A stretch of 41,450 bases of DNA from an uncultured Gemmatimonadota bacterium (GCA_964490075.1 CAZBBK010000053.1:1-41450), one strand, 5' to 3'; numbered from the stretch's first letter, positions 9,815-19,361 are shown. Translations and numbers: made by a program. The notes: generated by a model from the letters alone, not told the origin.

Positions 9815-10642
9815 ATGGTCCGTTTCCCTCGTCTACTCACTGTGATCCTGCTGCTGGCGCTCGCCACCGCGAAGCCGGCGCATCCGCTCGATGGACCGAG
9901 CCACGGCTACTTCGGCGTGAGATGCGTGTCATGCCACTCCGACGATGACCTGACCTGCAACGGCTGCCATCATCACGGGGCGCAAGATCTCGTCGCGGAG
10001 CCCGACAAAGACCTCTACTCGCCGGGAGAAGAGGTGCGGGTGACCTTGAGCGGTGGCCTTCAGCGCGGCTGGGTGCGAGCTCGCCTGACGGGCGCTTCCG
10101 ATGTAGAGGTCGCGCGGCGAACCGGCCCGACCTTTAGCGGGAATGACGGCGGACCCCAGATCGTTCTGCCCCTGGAACTGGTCGGCCGTGCTCCCGGGAC
10201 CGCGGGCGACCACGCATGGAGCGCTCTCTACTTCGGCGCCGAGGACGGCCGGAGGCATTCCGAAATCCCCGTCGATGCCACCATCCGGGTCGCCACCACA
10301 GCCACGGCGGTGGTGCGGGCGATTCCATCGAGGAGCCCGCTTTTCTTCGGGCGCGGGGGAGGTGTGGAGAGCATGGAGGTCCGGCTTCGCAACACGACGG
10401 CCGCACCGGTCGAGATCGATGCCTGGATCGAGTTGGTGCTGCCCGATGGCGCCGAGGCCGGCCCGGTGTACGGACCGATGTCGCTGCTGGTGCCCGGCTC
10501 GTGGGAAGGCAGGCGAGCCCTCTCCCTTGCCATCCCGGCGAAAGCCCCTTCCGGGGTCTACTCGTTGCAGGTTATGGTGGGGGACTACACGAGCAAGGAG
10601 CTGATCGACGCCGACTCCTTTGCATTCGTGAAGCGGCCCTGA
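9815..10642 (+). CDS. Secreted di-haem c-type protein (2x CxxCH), copy 2
   Basis: CVSCH-x6-CNGCH. Same upstream CCCGAGGCCCCATG and same C-terminus as copy 1. Confidence 0.8.
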   Translation: MVRFPRLLTVILLLALATAKPAHPLDGPSHGYFGVRCVSCHSDDDLTCNGCHHHGAQDLVAEPDKDLYSPGEEVRVTLSGGLQRGWVRARLTGASDVEVARRTGPTFSGNDGGPQIVLPLELVGRAPGTAGDHAWSALYFGAEDGRRHSEIPVDATIRVATTATAVVRAIPSRSPLFFGRGGGVESMEVRLRNTTAAPVEIDAWIELVLPDGAEAGPVYGPMSLLVPGSWEGRRALSLAIPAKAPSGVYSLQVMVGDYTSKELIDADSFAFVKRP

Positions 10643-10756
10643 GCAAGCCCCCAACATGGGGGAAGAGATGGGCGGCGCCCAGCTCCGTTCCTCGAAGCAG
10701 TGCTAGAGTTTGGCGCCGCCGCGCTCCAACTCGCGTCGGTGGAATCGAGTCGAACG

Positions 10757-12364
10757 ATGTCCGTATCCGACACCATCAACGACATCGGCCTGCTGCACGG
10801 CACCATCGGTGACCTGCTCGTGGCCGGTGGCGACGACCGCCAGGTTCTCGACGCGCGCAACGGGCTGAACCGCTATGGGTGCGCCGCGGAACCGCGACCG
10901 GCGCTGCCCCTGGGCTCCTGCACGTCGTCGTCGCCGAGCGCACGCTCCGTTGCGGCGGCCGAGCGGATGCAGAGCCAGCTGCGCGAGGCCCAAGCCCGGG
11001 GCAGCCTGGAATCGTTCGCGCGCCGCGAGCTGGCGCGGATTCGCGCCACGTTGACACGGCTTTTTCACGTCGACCAGGTATCCGGCAGCCAGGTGGCGCT
11101 GACCCCCTCGGGGACCGACGCCGAGCTGCTCGCCAGCGTTCTCGCGCTCGGCTCATGCACTCGGCCCTTGTGCAACATTATTACCGGTCCGGGTGAGATC
11201 GGCACGGGATCGACCCTGGCGGCGGGCGGACGACACTTCAGCAGCATCACCCCGCGGGGCGCCGCGCGTGCCGCGGGGGAGCCCCTGGACGGTGTGCTGA
11301 GCGAGCAGGTGCGGATCGATACGATCGAGCTGCGCGACGCCGAGGGGCGGCCGCGTTCTCGTGCCGCCATCGATCGCGAGGCCGAAGAGCTGGTGACACG
11401 GGCGCTGGCGGCGAGGGAGCGGGTGTTGCTGCACGTGGTGGCGCACAGCAAGACCGGGGCTCACGCGCCGAGCCTGCGGGCCGCGGTGGCGCTGCGCCGG
11501 CGTCACGGCGATGATGTCAGCGTGGTGGTCGACGCCGCACAAGGGCGTTTCAGTCGGCGCGGGCTGGTCGACGCCTTGCGCGATGACCTGATGCTCCTGA
11601 TCACCGGATCGAAGTTCTACGGTGGGCCACCCTTTTCCGGCGCTCTGGTGGTGCCCCCCTCGATGGCGCCGGGGCCCAGGGAGGTGCCGGAGCCACCGGC
11701 GGGTTTGCGCGACTATTTCGCGGCCGACGAACTGCCGGAGGATTGGAAGGCACTGCGCGCGGGTCTGCGCGGGGCGTCGAACCTGGGGCTCCTGCTGCGC
11801 TGGACGGCGGCGCTGGCCGAAGTGCGCGCCTACTACGAGACCGACGGCGCGGCGCGCTATGCGGTGCTACGGGCCTTCGAACGCCTGGTCCCAGAAGTCA
11901 TGGGTGCTTCACCCTATATCGAGCTCGACGCGCATCCTCCGCTGCTCCTGGAAGACGACGCGCAGCGTTTACTCGAATCGAAAACGACGGTGTTTCCTTT
12001 CTGTCTGCATCGGCGCGGCTGCCCCGCGGAACGTCTCGACCGCGGCCGGTTGCAACGAGTTCTCGACTGGCTCAACAGCGATATTTCCGGTGCGCTGCCG
12101 GCGACCGGTGACGCGATGGCGGAGACGCTGCGTGAGTCCTTCCACCTGGGGCAGCCGGTGGAGCTGCGGCCCGGCGGCGGACGGGCGGCCCTGCGGGTGG
12201 CCTTGGGGGGGACCTTGATCGTGCGGGTGGCGACCGATGCCGGGCTCGGTGCGGGACTCGAGGAGCGGATCGAGTGGCTCCGCGGGGGACTGCTGCGGGT
12301 GCGCGACAAGATCGAGCTCTTGGTCGAGCACTACGACGCCATCGCGGCGGTGAGCGGGGCATGA
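10757..12364 (+). CDS. Uncharacterised PLP-dependent enzyme, fold type I / class V-like
   Basis: Motifs TPSGTDAE, VVDAAQGR and ITGSKFYGGPPFSG resemble the class V DAxQ and lysine loop. Extended -10 TGcTAGAGT at 10701-10709. Confidence 0.65.
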   Translation: MSVSDTINDIGLLHGTIGDLLVAGGDDRQVLDARNGLNRYGCAAEPRPALPLGSCTSSSPSARSVAAAERMQSQLREAQARGSLESFARRELARIRATLTRLFHVDQVSGSQVALTPSGTDAELLASVLALGSCTRPLCNIITGPGEIGTGSTLAAGGRHFSSITPRGAARAAGEPLDGVLSEQVRIDTIELRDAEGRPRSRAAIDREAEELVTRALAARERVLLHVVAHSKTGAHAPSLRAAVALRRRHGDDVSVVVDAAQGRFSRRGLVDALRDDLMLLITGSKFYGGPPFSGALVVPPSMAPGPREVPEPPAGLRDYFAADELPEDWKALRAGLRGASNLGLLLRWTAALAEVRAYYETDGAARYAVLRAFERLVPEVMGASPYIELDAHPPLLLEDDAQRLLESKTTVFPFCLHRRGCPAERLDRGRLQRVLDWLNSDISGALPATGDAMAETLRESFHLGQPVELRPGGGRAALRVALGGTLIVRVATDAGLGAGLEERIEWLRGGLLRVRDKIELLVEHYDAIAAVSGA

Positions 12365-13626
12365 GCGAGCTGGCGTGGGGAGCGAGAATCGCGCCACCGG
12401 CGGCCGCGGGCCGGGTGCGGCAGGCGCAGGCGCTGGGTCTGGCGAGACGGCCGGCGCTGCTCTTTCATGACCTCGCGCGAATGTGTCGTCACATCCAAGA
12501 GCTGGAGCAACGTTTTCCGCCGGGTACACTGCACGCTCTGGCGGTGAAGGCCAATCCACTGGTGGCCGTGCTGCGCGAGGCGGTGGCGGCGGGAGCGGGA
12601 TTGGAATGCGCGTCGCTGGAGGAGGTCCATCTGGCGCTCGCCGCCGGCTGCGCGGCGCGGCGCATCGTTTTCGACTCGCCGGCCAAGAGCCGCGACGATC
12701 TGGAGCTCGCTCTCGCGCTCGGCATCTACGTCAATGCCGACAACGAGGCGGAGCTGGACCGTATCGCCGAGCTCGGGGGGGGAGAGGCGGGACTGCGGAT
12801 CAATCCGCAGGTTGGACGCGGCTCGATCGATGCGACCAGCGTCGCGGCACACGCCAGCAAGTTCGGCATGGGACTGGTCGACGAGCGCGAAGCGATCCTG
12901 GCGGCGTTCCGCGGGCACGCCTGGCTGCGGGGGTTGCACGTGCACGTCGGCTCCCAGGGCTGCGATCTCGATCTCCTGGTGCGGGCCGCGGCGAGAGTGG
13001 CCGAGCTGCGGGAGGAGATCGATGCGATGCTCGGCGAAGCGCGCATCGGCCATGTCGACATAGGCGGCGGACTGCCGGTGGCCTACGGCGCGGGCGATCG
13101 ACCGCCCTCGTTGGATGAATATGTCGCCAGATTGCGCGCCGCGGCTCCCTCCCTGCTGGACGGACGTGCGCGCCTGATCACCGAGCTCGGCCGCGCGGTG
13201 CAGGCCGGGTGCGGTTTCGCGGCGACCCGCGTGGAGTATGTCAAGGAGGGCGGTGGCACGCGCATCGCGGTTGGGCACCTGGGCGCGGACCTATTGTTGC
13301 GGCCGGTCTACAACCCGCAAGATTGGCGGCATGAGCTCGTTGTGCTTGACGCTGGCGGCACTCTGAAGGACGGTCCCACACGCCCCTGGAGCGTCGCAGG
13401 CCCACTCTGCTTCGCGGGGGACTTCATCGCCCGCGATGTGGAGCTTCCCGAGATCGTCCCCGGAGACTGGCTCTTGATCCGCGACACCGGTGCCTACACC
13501 CTTTCGATGTGGTCGCGCCACTGCAGCAGAGCGCTTCCGCCGGTGGTCGGCTTTCGTGGCGACGAAATGTGGCTGCTGCACGAAGGTGAGGAACCACGCG
13601 ACGTGGTCGCATTCTGGGGCGGTTGA
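12361..13626 (+). CDS. Orn/DAP/Arg decarboxylase family enzyme (diaminopimelate decarboxylase-like, PLP fold III)
   Basis: AVKANP, HVHVGSQ, DIGGG, ELGR, GPLCFAGD and DTGAY motifs. ATGA overlap with the upstream gene. Confidence 0.88.
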   Translation: MSELAWGARIAPPAAAGRVRQAQALGLARRPALLFHDLARMCRHIQELEQRFPPGTLHALAVKANPLVAVLREAVAAGAGLECASLEEVHLALAAGCAARRIVFDSPAKSRDDLELALALGIYVNADNEAELDRIAELGGGEAGLRINPQVGRGSIDATSVAAHASKFGMGLVDEREAILAAFRGHAWLRGLHVHVGSQGCDLDLLVRAAARVAELREEIDAMLGEARIGHVDIGGGLPVAYGAGDRPPSLDEYVARLRAAAPSLLDGRARLITELGRAVQAGCGFAATRVEYVKEGGGTRIAVGHLGADLLLRPVYNPQDWRHELVVLDAGGTLKDGPTRPWSVAGPLCFAGDFIARDVELPEIVPGDWLLIRDTGAYTLSMWSRHCSRALPPVVGFRGDEMWLLHEGEEPRDVVAFWGG

Positions 13627-13637
13627 AGGTCTCGGGC

Positions 13638-13729
13638 TCGGCGAAGAAATAACTCCCCGGGTTTGCGCCCAGATGTGCCGGAGACGCGGTGCAGATGGGA
13701 TGCAAACACGGGAGTTATTTCTGCGCCGA
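13638..13729 (+). repeat. About 92 bp imperfect inverted repeat (long hairpin)
   Basis: TCGGCGaAGAAATAACTCCC..GTTTGC pairs with GCAAAC..GGGAGTTATTTCTgCGCCGA. Confidence 0.85.
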
Positions 13730-13761
13730 CCCTCAGAGCCACGACCCGAGCTGGAGAACAG

Positions 13762-15540
13762 ATGCCGGGATTCGCACTCTGGATGTCGAGCGGCACCGAG
13801 CCGCGGCGGATGGACGTTCCCTTCGCCGCCGCGCTGCGGACCATGGCGCACGGCCCGGCCGATCTCGTTTCCAGCGATCTGAGCGCGGCCGGACTGCGCG
13901 TCGGCCACGTAGGTTACGCCGACTACCCGATCCGCACCTGGGCGGGCGAGCGTTTCTTCATCGGTGTCGAAGGGGAGATCTACAACAAGACCTGGGCGCG
14001 AAGCTCGAGCGAGCTGCGCGAGCTCGCCGATCTGTGGCTGGGCACCGGCGCGGCACCGGACGAGGATCTGCGTCGGTGGATTCTCGACGCGGACGGCGAG
14101 TACGTCGTCGTGATGGCGAGCCACGATGGCGAGCGGGCCTTGGTGTTCGCCGATCCGCTGGGGCGGCTACCGCTCTACTGCCACCTGAGCGACACCGAGA
14201 TGGTGGTCGCCCGCCAATCGCGTTTCGTCGAGAGCATCGTCGAATTCCCGGCGCTCGATCCCGTCGGGGCCGGGCACTTCCTCTGGCTGGGACACCTGCT
14301 GGGGCGCAGGACTCTGCGCCAAGGCGTCGAGTTCGCTCCGGCCGCGGCGCGCTTTTCGGGACGCATCGTGTCGGGTGCCGTGGAATCATCCTTGGTGCCG
14401 CTCTATAGACACAATTGCGATCTGCGCGACGAGGGGCGCGACGCTCGGGTCGATCCGGCGCCGGAGCTGGTCGAGCTCTTCACCGCCGCGTGCCGGGAGC
14501 GGGTCGAGACCGAGCGCCCCAGGAGGCCGTTGCTTTCGTTGAGCGGCGGCCTCGACAGCCGCGCAGTCGCGGCCGGGATGGCGCGGGCCGGCGTGCCGGT
14601 GCAATGCGCCACCTACCTGGCCGCCGGCGGCAGGGGCGCGTGCGAGGTACCGATCGCGCGCCGTCTCGCCGACTCGCTCGACCTGCCTTGGCAGTTGATC
14701 GAGCTCGACGCGCCCGGAGCCGAAGATCGGGAGCTCCTGATCGCGCTGAAAGATGGACTGAACTTCGTCGACATGGCCTTCATCCTCGACTACCTGAGAC
14801 GGATCAAGGAGCGCTGGGGAGGCGACACTCTCTATCTCACGGGTGATGGCGGAGACCGCGTGCTGCCGGCTTTTCGCGACATCGGTTTCCCGGACAGCCT
14901 GGACCAGCTGACCCGCAGACTGGGCCGGCGTCATGCGATGATGCCGCGCGAGGATGCGGAGCGGCTCTTCCGCCTCGAGCCCGGCACTCTGCTGGAAGAG
15001 CTCGGTGCGGCGCTGGCCTCCTATCCGGAATCGTCGCTGGAGAACAAGCGTGAGCATTACGCGCTCTACGATCGAACGCGGCGCTTTCTCTTCGAGGGCG
15101 AAGACCGAACCCGCTGCTTCCTCTGGGAGACATCTCCTTTCTACTCTTGGCCCTTCTTCGAGCGCGCGATGCGCGTGCCGAGCGTCGCCAAGGCGGGACA
15201 CCGTCTCTACACACGCTTCCTGCGGCTCTTGTCTCCAGCTTGCGTGGAGATCCCCGAACCGAGCGGACTCCGCGTCGGACGGCCGCTCTATCGCCTGCGC
15301 TCGACCGCGGAGAACATCGCGCGCAATCTGCCCTTGCCTCTGAAGGACCTGGTCCGCAAGATCGGTCCACAGCCTTTGCCGAAGGCCGAACCACCGGCCG
15401 AAGACCTGGCGCGGCTCGAGTCGCTCTTGCAGGGAGCGTGGAGCGACCTGGTCGATCCCCAGGCCGCCCGCGCCCTGATCCACGACTGCAACTGCTTCCA
15501 GTACGCCTGCCTGGAGACGCTGCTACTGGTGGAAGAGTAG
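13762..15540 (+). CDS. Asparagine synthetase B-like ATP-dependent amide ligase
   Basis: GGAG RBS. Ntn-like domain (GEIYN, DPLGRLPLY) starting MPG rather than MCG. PP-loop SLSGGLDSR and TGDGGD motifs. Confidence 0.8.
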   Translation: MPGFALWMSSGTEPRRMDVPFAAALRTMAHGPADLVSSDLSAAGLRVGHVGYADYPIRTWAGERFFIGVEGEIYNKTWARSSSELRELADLWLGTGAAPDEDLRRWILDADGEYVVVMASHDGERALVFADPLGRLPLYCHLSDTEMVVARQSRFVESIVEFPALDPVGAGHFLWLGHLLGRRTLRQGVEFAPAAARFSGRIVSGAVESSLVPLYRHNCDLRDEGRDARVDPAPELVELFTAACRERVETERPRRPLLSLSGGLDSRAVAAGMARAGVPVQCATYLAAGGRGACEVPIARRLADSLDLPWQLIELDAPGAEDRELLIALKDGLNFVDMAFILDYLRRIKERWGGDTLYLTGDGGDRVLPAFRDIGFPDSLDQLTRRLGRRHAMMPREDAERLFRLEPGTLLEELGAALASYPESSLENKREHYALYDRTRRFLFEGEDRTRCFLWETSPFYSWPFFERAMRVPSVAKAGHRLYTRFLRLLSPACVEIPEPSGLRVGRPLYRLRSTAENIARNLPLPLKDLVRKIGPQPLPKAEPPAEDLARLESLLQGAWSDLVDPQAARALIHDCNCFQYACLETLLLVEE

Positions 15541-15682
15541 AGACAACGTCCTCGCGCCGGTCGCCTTGGCGCGACGCTGAGGGCGGGGTCCGCGGTCTCT
15601 TGTCCCGCGTTAGCCTTGGATTCATCAGGCGGGGCAAGGTCCCCTCTCCCATGATCTCGGTCCAGCGATGTGGAGGAAAGCG

Positions 15683-16622
15683 ATGCAATCGATCGGCTCC
15701 TTGGCGACACTGACGGCCCTGCTCGGCGCGCCCGCCTTCGGGCTGGTCGTGGCGACGCCCGACTTCGACCTGGTTTCGACCCCGAGCGCGCTGGTGGTGC
15801 TGGGAGCGGACGCCGCGGGGGCGCCGATCGAGATCGCCCGCGTGACCGACCTTCCCGACCCCTTGGCCATGGCGGTCGACGGAGAGCTCGGCCTGGTGGC
15901 GGCGGGTGATTCGGTCTGGGTAGTCGACTTCGCGACCCCGGTCCAGCCGGTGATTCTGGCGGGCTTCGCGCACACCGACAGCGGACGGTGCGCTCGGTAG
16001 ACATCGCGGCGGGTCGCGGCTACGTGCTCTCGGAGGATTCGCCTCTGCTGGATCTCTTCGATCTCTCCGATCCGGGCGCGCCGCAGCTCTTGGGAACGTG
16101 GGTGATCGACGGTTACTGGAATGTCTCCCGATGGGGCCTCGCGGTGATCGCCGGCGAGTCGGGTGCCGTCTATGTCCACCACCGAACCCACGCCGACGGT
16201 CACTACCCTTGGGACGATCGATGGTGGGACATGCTGGCGCTCTTCGATGTGGAGGGCACGCCCCCGGGTTCCCCGCCGGTGTGGACCAGGCTGCTGACCG
16301 ACCGTCTGGACAAGGACCTACCGGCGCGGCTCTCGATGGTGGGCGACGACCAGAGACTGGTCACTCCGCACATCTTCGACGAGCGATGGCAGGTAGATGA
16401 GCGCTGCGGCTGGACCCGACCGGCCGATTGCTCGAAGAAGATCTCGTCCCGCCGGTCGCGGACTTCGCCCATTGCGGCGGCCCCTGGGTCTCCTCGTTGG
16501 TGCCGCTCCGCGGAGCGCTCGCGGCGGGATGCTCCGAGGACCGTTCGCTGAGCGTCGTGCTGATCGACCAGGAGCTGATGCCGCCGGCGCTCCTGGGCGT
16601 CTGGGTGGATGGGAGCGAGTAG
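15683..16622 (+). pseudogene. Frameshifted, truncated LVIVD-like secreted protein
   Basis: GGAGG RBS and signal peptide. Coding sense shifts frame near 15990 and 16398. Repeats such as LFDLSDPGAPQLLG. Ends at the sortase junction. Confidence 0.6.
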
Positions 16623-17197
16623 GGGACGCACTCCACCGCATAGCGCCAGGGCGTGCGCAGCAGGCCGCCGAAGGGGTAGCAGGTGATGAGAATCAACCGC
16701 TCCCCTCCCGCCCGGTGCACCGACGCTTCCCCCTCATGGATCACCGCGCCGGAGCGCACACGCCAACGCGTGTCGCCCTCATGTGTCGTGAGCCGGACCT
16801 GGTCCCCGATCCGAAGCTCCTCGAGGAACGCCAATCGAGTGTCGCGGTGGCCCACCAAAAGAGTGGTGCCACCCGTTCCGAGCTCGGCGCCGCCGGACAT
16901 CCGCTCCACACCGAAGGCCATCGCAGTCCCGCTCCCACTGCTCAACAGCGCACGCCGCACGCAGAGCCTGGGCACCTCGAGACGACCGATCGGATGAAAG
17001 TCCGCCCCGCTCCAGGGCGGATGCGGTCGGCCGTCCTCCAAGTGCGCGTCGAGCGCCCGGGCGATCAGCAGATCCGCCAGGACCGCCTTGGCCCCGATCC
17101 CGAATCGCCCCGCCAGGAGCGCCAAACCGCTCAACGCCAGGATCCCTCCCAAGACCCGGATCGCCCCAACCCCCCAACCACGCCGCCCGCGCACCAT
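16361..17197 (-). CDS. Class GN-type (Gram-negative) sortase
   Basis: N-terminal TM, AKAVLADLLI, PWSGAD.HPIGRL, and catalytic GHRDT / LITCYPF / WRY. The sortase domain ends near 16620 and the ORF runs on antisense to the pseudogene. Confidence 0.85.
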   Translation of the reverse strand: MVRGRRGWGVGAIRVLGGILALSGLALLAGRFGIGAKAVLADLLIARALDAHLEDGRPHPPWSGADFHPIGRLEVPRLCVRRALLSSGSGTAMAFGVERMSGGAELGTGGTTLLVGHRDTRLAFLEELRIGDQVRLTTHEGDTRWRVRSGAVIHEGEASVHRAGGERLILITCYPFGGLLRTPWRYAVECVPYSLPSTQTPRSAGGISSWSISTTLSERSSEHPAASAPRSGTNEETQGPPQWAKSATGGTRSSSSNRPVGSSRSAHLPAIARRRCAE

Positions 17198-19308
17198 CAC
17201 CGCGCCTCCCGCTCTCCCCGCCGCCCCGCGCCCCGCGCCCCTCGCGTCCCCCACAGCATCCCACCCCCGCCGCCCGCGAGCACCAGACCGACCAAGGTCA
17301 CGAGCGGACCATAGGTGCCCCCACTCGGCAAGGGTGGCCCGGCCCCCACCCCGGGCAGAGTGGAAGGAACCCACACCGTTTCGCCCGGGCCCGCCACCGA
17401 GGTGAAACTCTCCACCGCCACCAGGCTCGTGTAGGGCGTCACGATCTGAAACTCCGTACCCAGCTCGATGACCGCATCCTCCACCTCCGCCGGATCCGCT
17501 CCGCCGTGCACCGAGTCCAACAGGCTACCGACCGCCGCCCGCGCCCAACGAGCCGCAATTCCCGATCCCCTCCGGGCGCCATGATCGCCGAGATCCCACG
17601 ACTGCGCCCACCACCGCCCCTCGACCCGTCCCCGGAGCGACACCGAAGCGTCCCGCACATCGCCGCTCAGCCGAAACGACACCAGAAGAGGGTCGCCCGC
17701 GTGGAGGTCGCACAGCCGGGCGGGCTCCATGTCGTGCACCCTCACGCCCTGCCACTCCAGCGCCACATCCGTCAGCACCGGGCGATCGATCGACGCGAAG
17801 AACGCCTCGATCCTGTTCTCCGATCCGATCTGGTCGGAGACGAAAGCCGATCGCCCCCGCCCCATCGAAGCCATCTTGCGCATCAGGTCGCGGTTCGGCG
17901 CGCGGCCGATGCCGATCGTGTGGAGCCGTGTGTCGCCCAGTCCCCGCGCAATCTCCGCCAAGATCCGTGACTCATTGGAAACGGCGCCGTCGGTGAGGAA
18001 GACGATGCGGCGAACGCGCTCGGAACCTCCCTCCAGCGACAGAATGATCGCCTCCTGCAGCGCGGAGAGGATCATCGTGCCTCCGTCGGCCTCCAGATCC
18101 TCCACCCAGCTTCGCGCCTCATCGAGCAAGACTTCGTCGCCGGCCTCGATGAAGTGCTCGGCCAGCGCCCGCGGCTCGTCGTCGAAGGCGACGATGTTGT
18201 AGGCGTCCTCGGGGCGCAACCGGTCCAGCGCCGTCAACAGAGCCTCTCGCGCCTGAACGATCGACGGCCCTTTCATCGAGGCCGATACGTCGATGACAAA
18301 AAGTGTCTCGGTAGCGAATCCCGGGCCGGCCTCACCCGGCGGCTGGCGAGGGGGCACCAGCATCAAGAAACCGTATGCCTCTCCCCCACGCTCCTCGACG
18401 AACACCGTCGAAGCCGGCCACCGCCCCGGCACCAGCTCCCAGCTCAGCCTGAAGTCGCGATCGGCGGCGATCGGATCGTCCAGCGGCGCAACTTCCCACG
18501 TGTCTCCGGTCCGCCACACATCGACCTCGTGCGAACCGCTCCCGACCCGCGCCACCGGCACTCCCGGGGTGATCCGTGCCCGCACGGTGGCCGCTACGGC
18601 GGCCGAATCCCCTCCCGGAACGAAGGGCAGCTCCGCCGTCGGATCGGCCGCCGGCGCGTAGCGAGGCGTGAAAGTGAGGGGACAGTCGAGGTCGAACACG
18701 CCGGCCGCGTAGTCCACGCGATCGTGGTATCGCAGCGTCACCTCGACCTCTTCACCCGGCCCGATGTTGGCCGCCGAAATGGTGAACAGATTGGGACGCT
18801 CCTGCTCCACCAGCCCCGCCTTCCGCCCTTCGATGCGCGCGCTCTCGTACACCTCCCGGGCCGCCTCCCGCTCCCGCACCATCGCCACGATGCGGCGGCT
18901 GCCGATGCGCATCTCCATGTGATGCACCGCCGCCTGCTCGGGCAGCGGAAAGACATAGAACACCTCGAGCGCGCCATCGGTCGGGTTTGAAAAACGTTGC
19001 GTGATCTCGCCGGCCACCAGCACCCCCGTGACCTCCAGATCGACCTCCATCCCCAGGAGCGGAAGCGGAACCGGTCCCGAAGGAAGGACGTGATAGAGCA
19101 TCCCGGTGCCGATCGAATTCGGATCCCAGGGAGAAGTGGTGGTGCCGCCGAGCTCGATCTCGCCCTCCACGTCAGCAAGGGCGATCTCGTCGGATCGAGG
19201 CCGACCCACCAACGCCGTCCCGAGCAGAAGAACGCCAACGAGAAGACCGAGCCGATTCGGAGCACGCCCCGCGAAGGGTCGCGCACGGTGCATCTTGAGT
19301 TGTCGCAT
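17197..19308 (-). CDS. VIT + VWA domain sortase target protein
   Basis: VIT motifs (YVFPLP, AGLVEQERPNLF), MIDAS DVSAS..T..LTDG, and C-terminal LPSGG + hydrophobic helix + basic tail. GAGG RBS. TGATG coupling to the sortase. Confidence 0.88.
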   Translation of the reverse strand: MRQLKMHRARPFAGRAPNRLGLLVGVLLLGTALVGRPRSDEIALADVEGEIELGGTTTSPWDPNSIGTGMLYHVLPSGPVPLPLLGMEVDLEVTGVLVAGEITQRFSNPTDGALEVFYVFPLPEQAAVHHMEMRIGSRRIVAMVREREAAREVYESARIEGRKAGLVEQERPNLFTISAANIGPGEEVEVTLRYHDRVDYAAGVFDLDCPLTFTPRYAPAADPTAELPFVPGGDSAAVAATVRARITPGVPVARVGSGSHEVDVWRTGDTWEVAPLDDPIAADRDFRLSWELVPGRWPASTVFVEERGGEAYGFLMLVPPRQPPGEAGPGFATETLFVIDVSASMKGPSIVQAREALLTALDRLRPEDAYNIVAFDDEPRALAEHFIEAGDEVLLDEARSWVEDLEADGGTMILSALQEAIILSLEGGSERVRRIVFLTDGAVSNESRILAEIARGLGDTRLHTIGIGRAPNRDLMRKMASMGRGRSAFVSDQIGSENRIEAFFASIDRPVLTDVALEWQGVRVHDMEPARLCDLHAGDPLLVSFRLSGDVRDASVSLRGRVEGRWWAQSWDLGDHGARRGSGIAARWARAAVGSLLDSVHGGADPAEVEDAVIELGTEFQIVTPYTSLVAVESFTSVAGPGETVWVPSTLPGVGAGPPLPSGGTYGPLVTLVGLVLAGGGGGMLWGTRGARGAGRRGEREAR

Positions 19309-19344
19309 GTTCGTCGTCCTCTTGATCGATTCGTACGGGATTCC

Positions 19345-19361
19345 CGCAAGGGCGGTGCCGA
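19345..19361 (-). promoter_or_regulatory. Putative sigma54 (-24/-12) promoter of the VWA-sortase operon
   Basis: TCGGCAC-CGCCC-TTGCG with exact GG-N10-GC spacing, just upstream of the RBS. Confidence 0.65.

Noticed and set aside
13647-13720. TAAC...GTTA hairpin as an attC site
   Set aside because: GTTATTT does not fit GTTRRRY, and the stem is paired where attC has an unpaired spacer.
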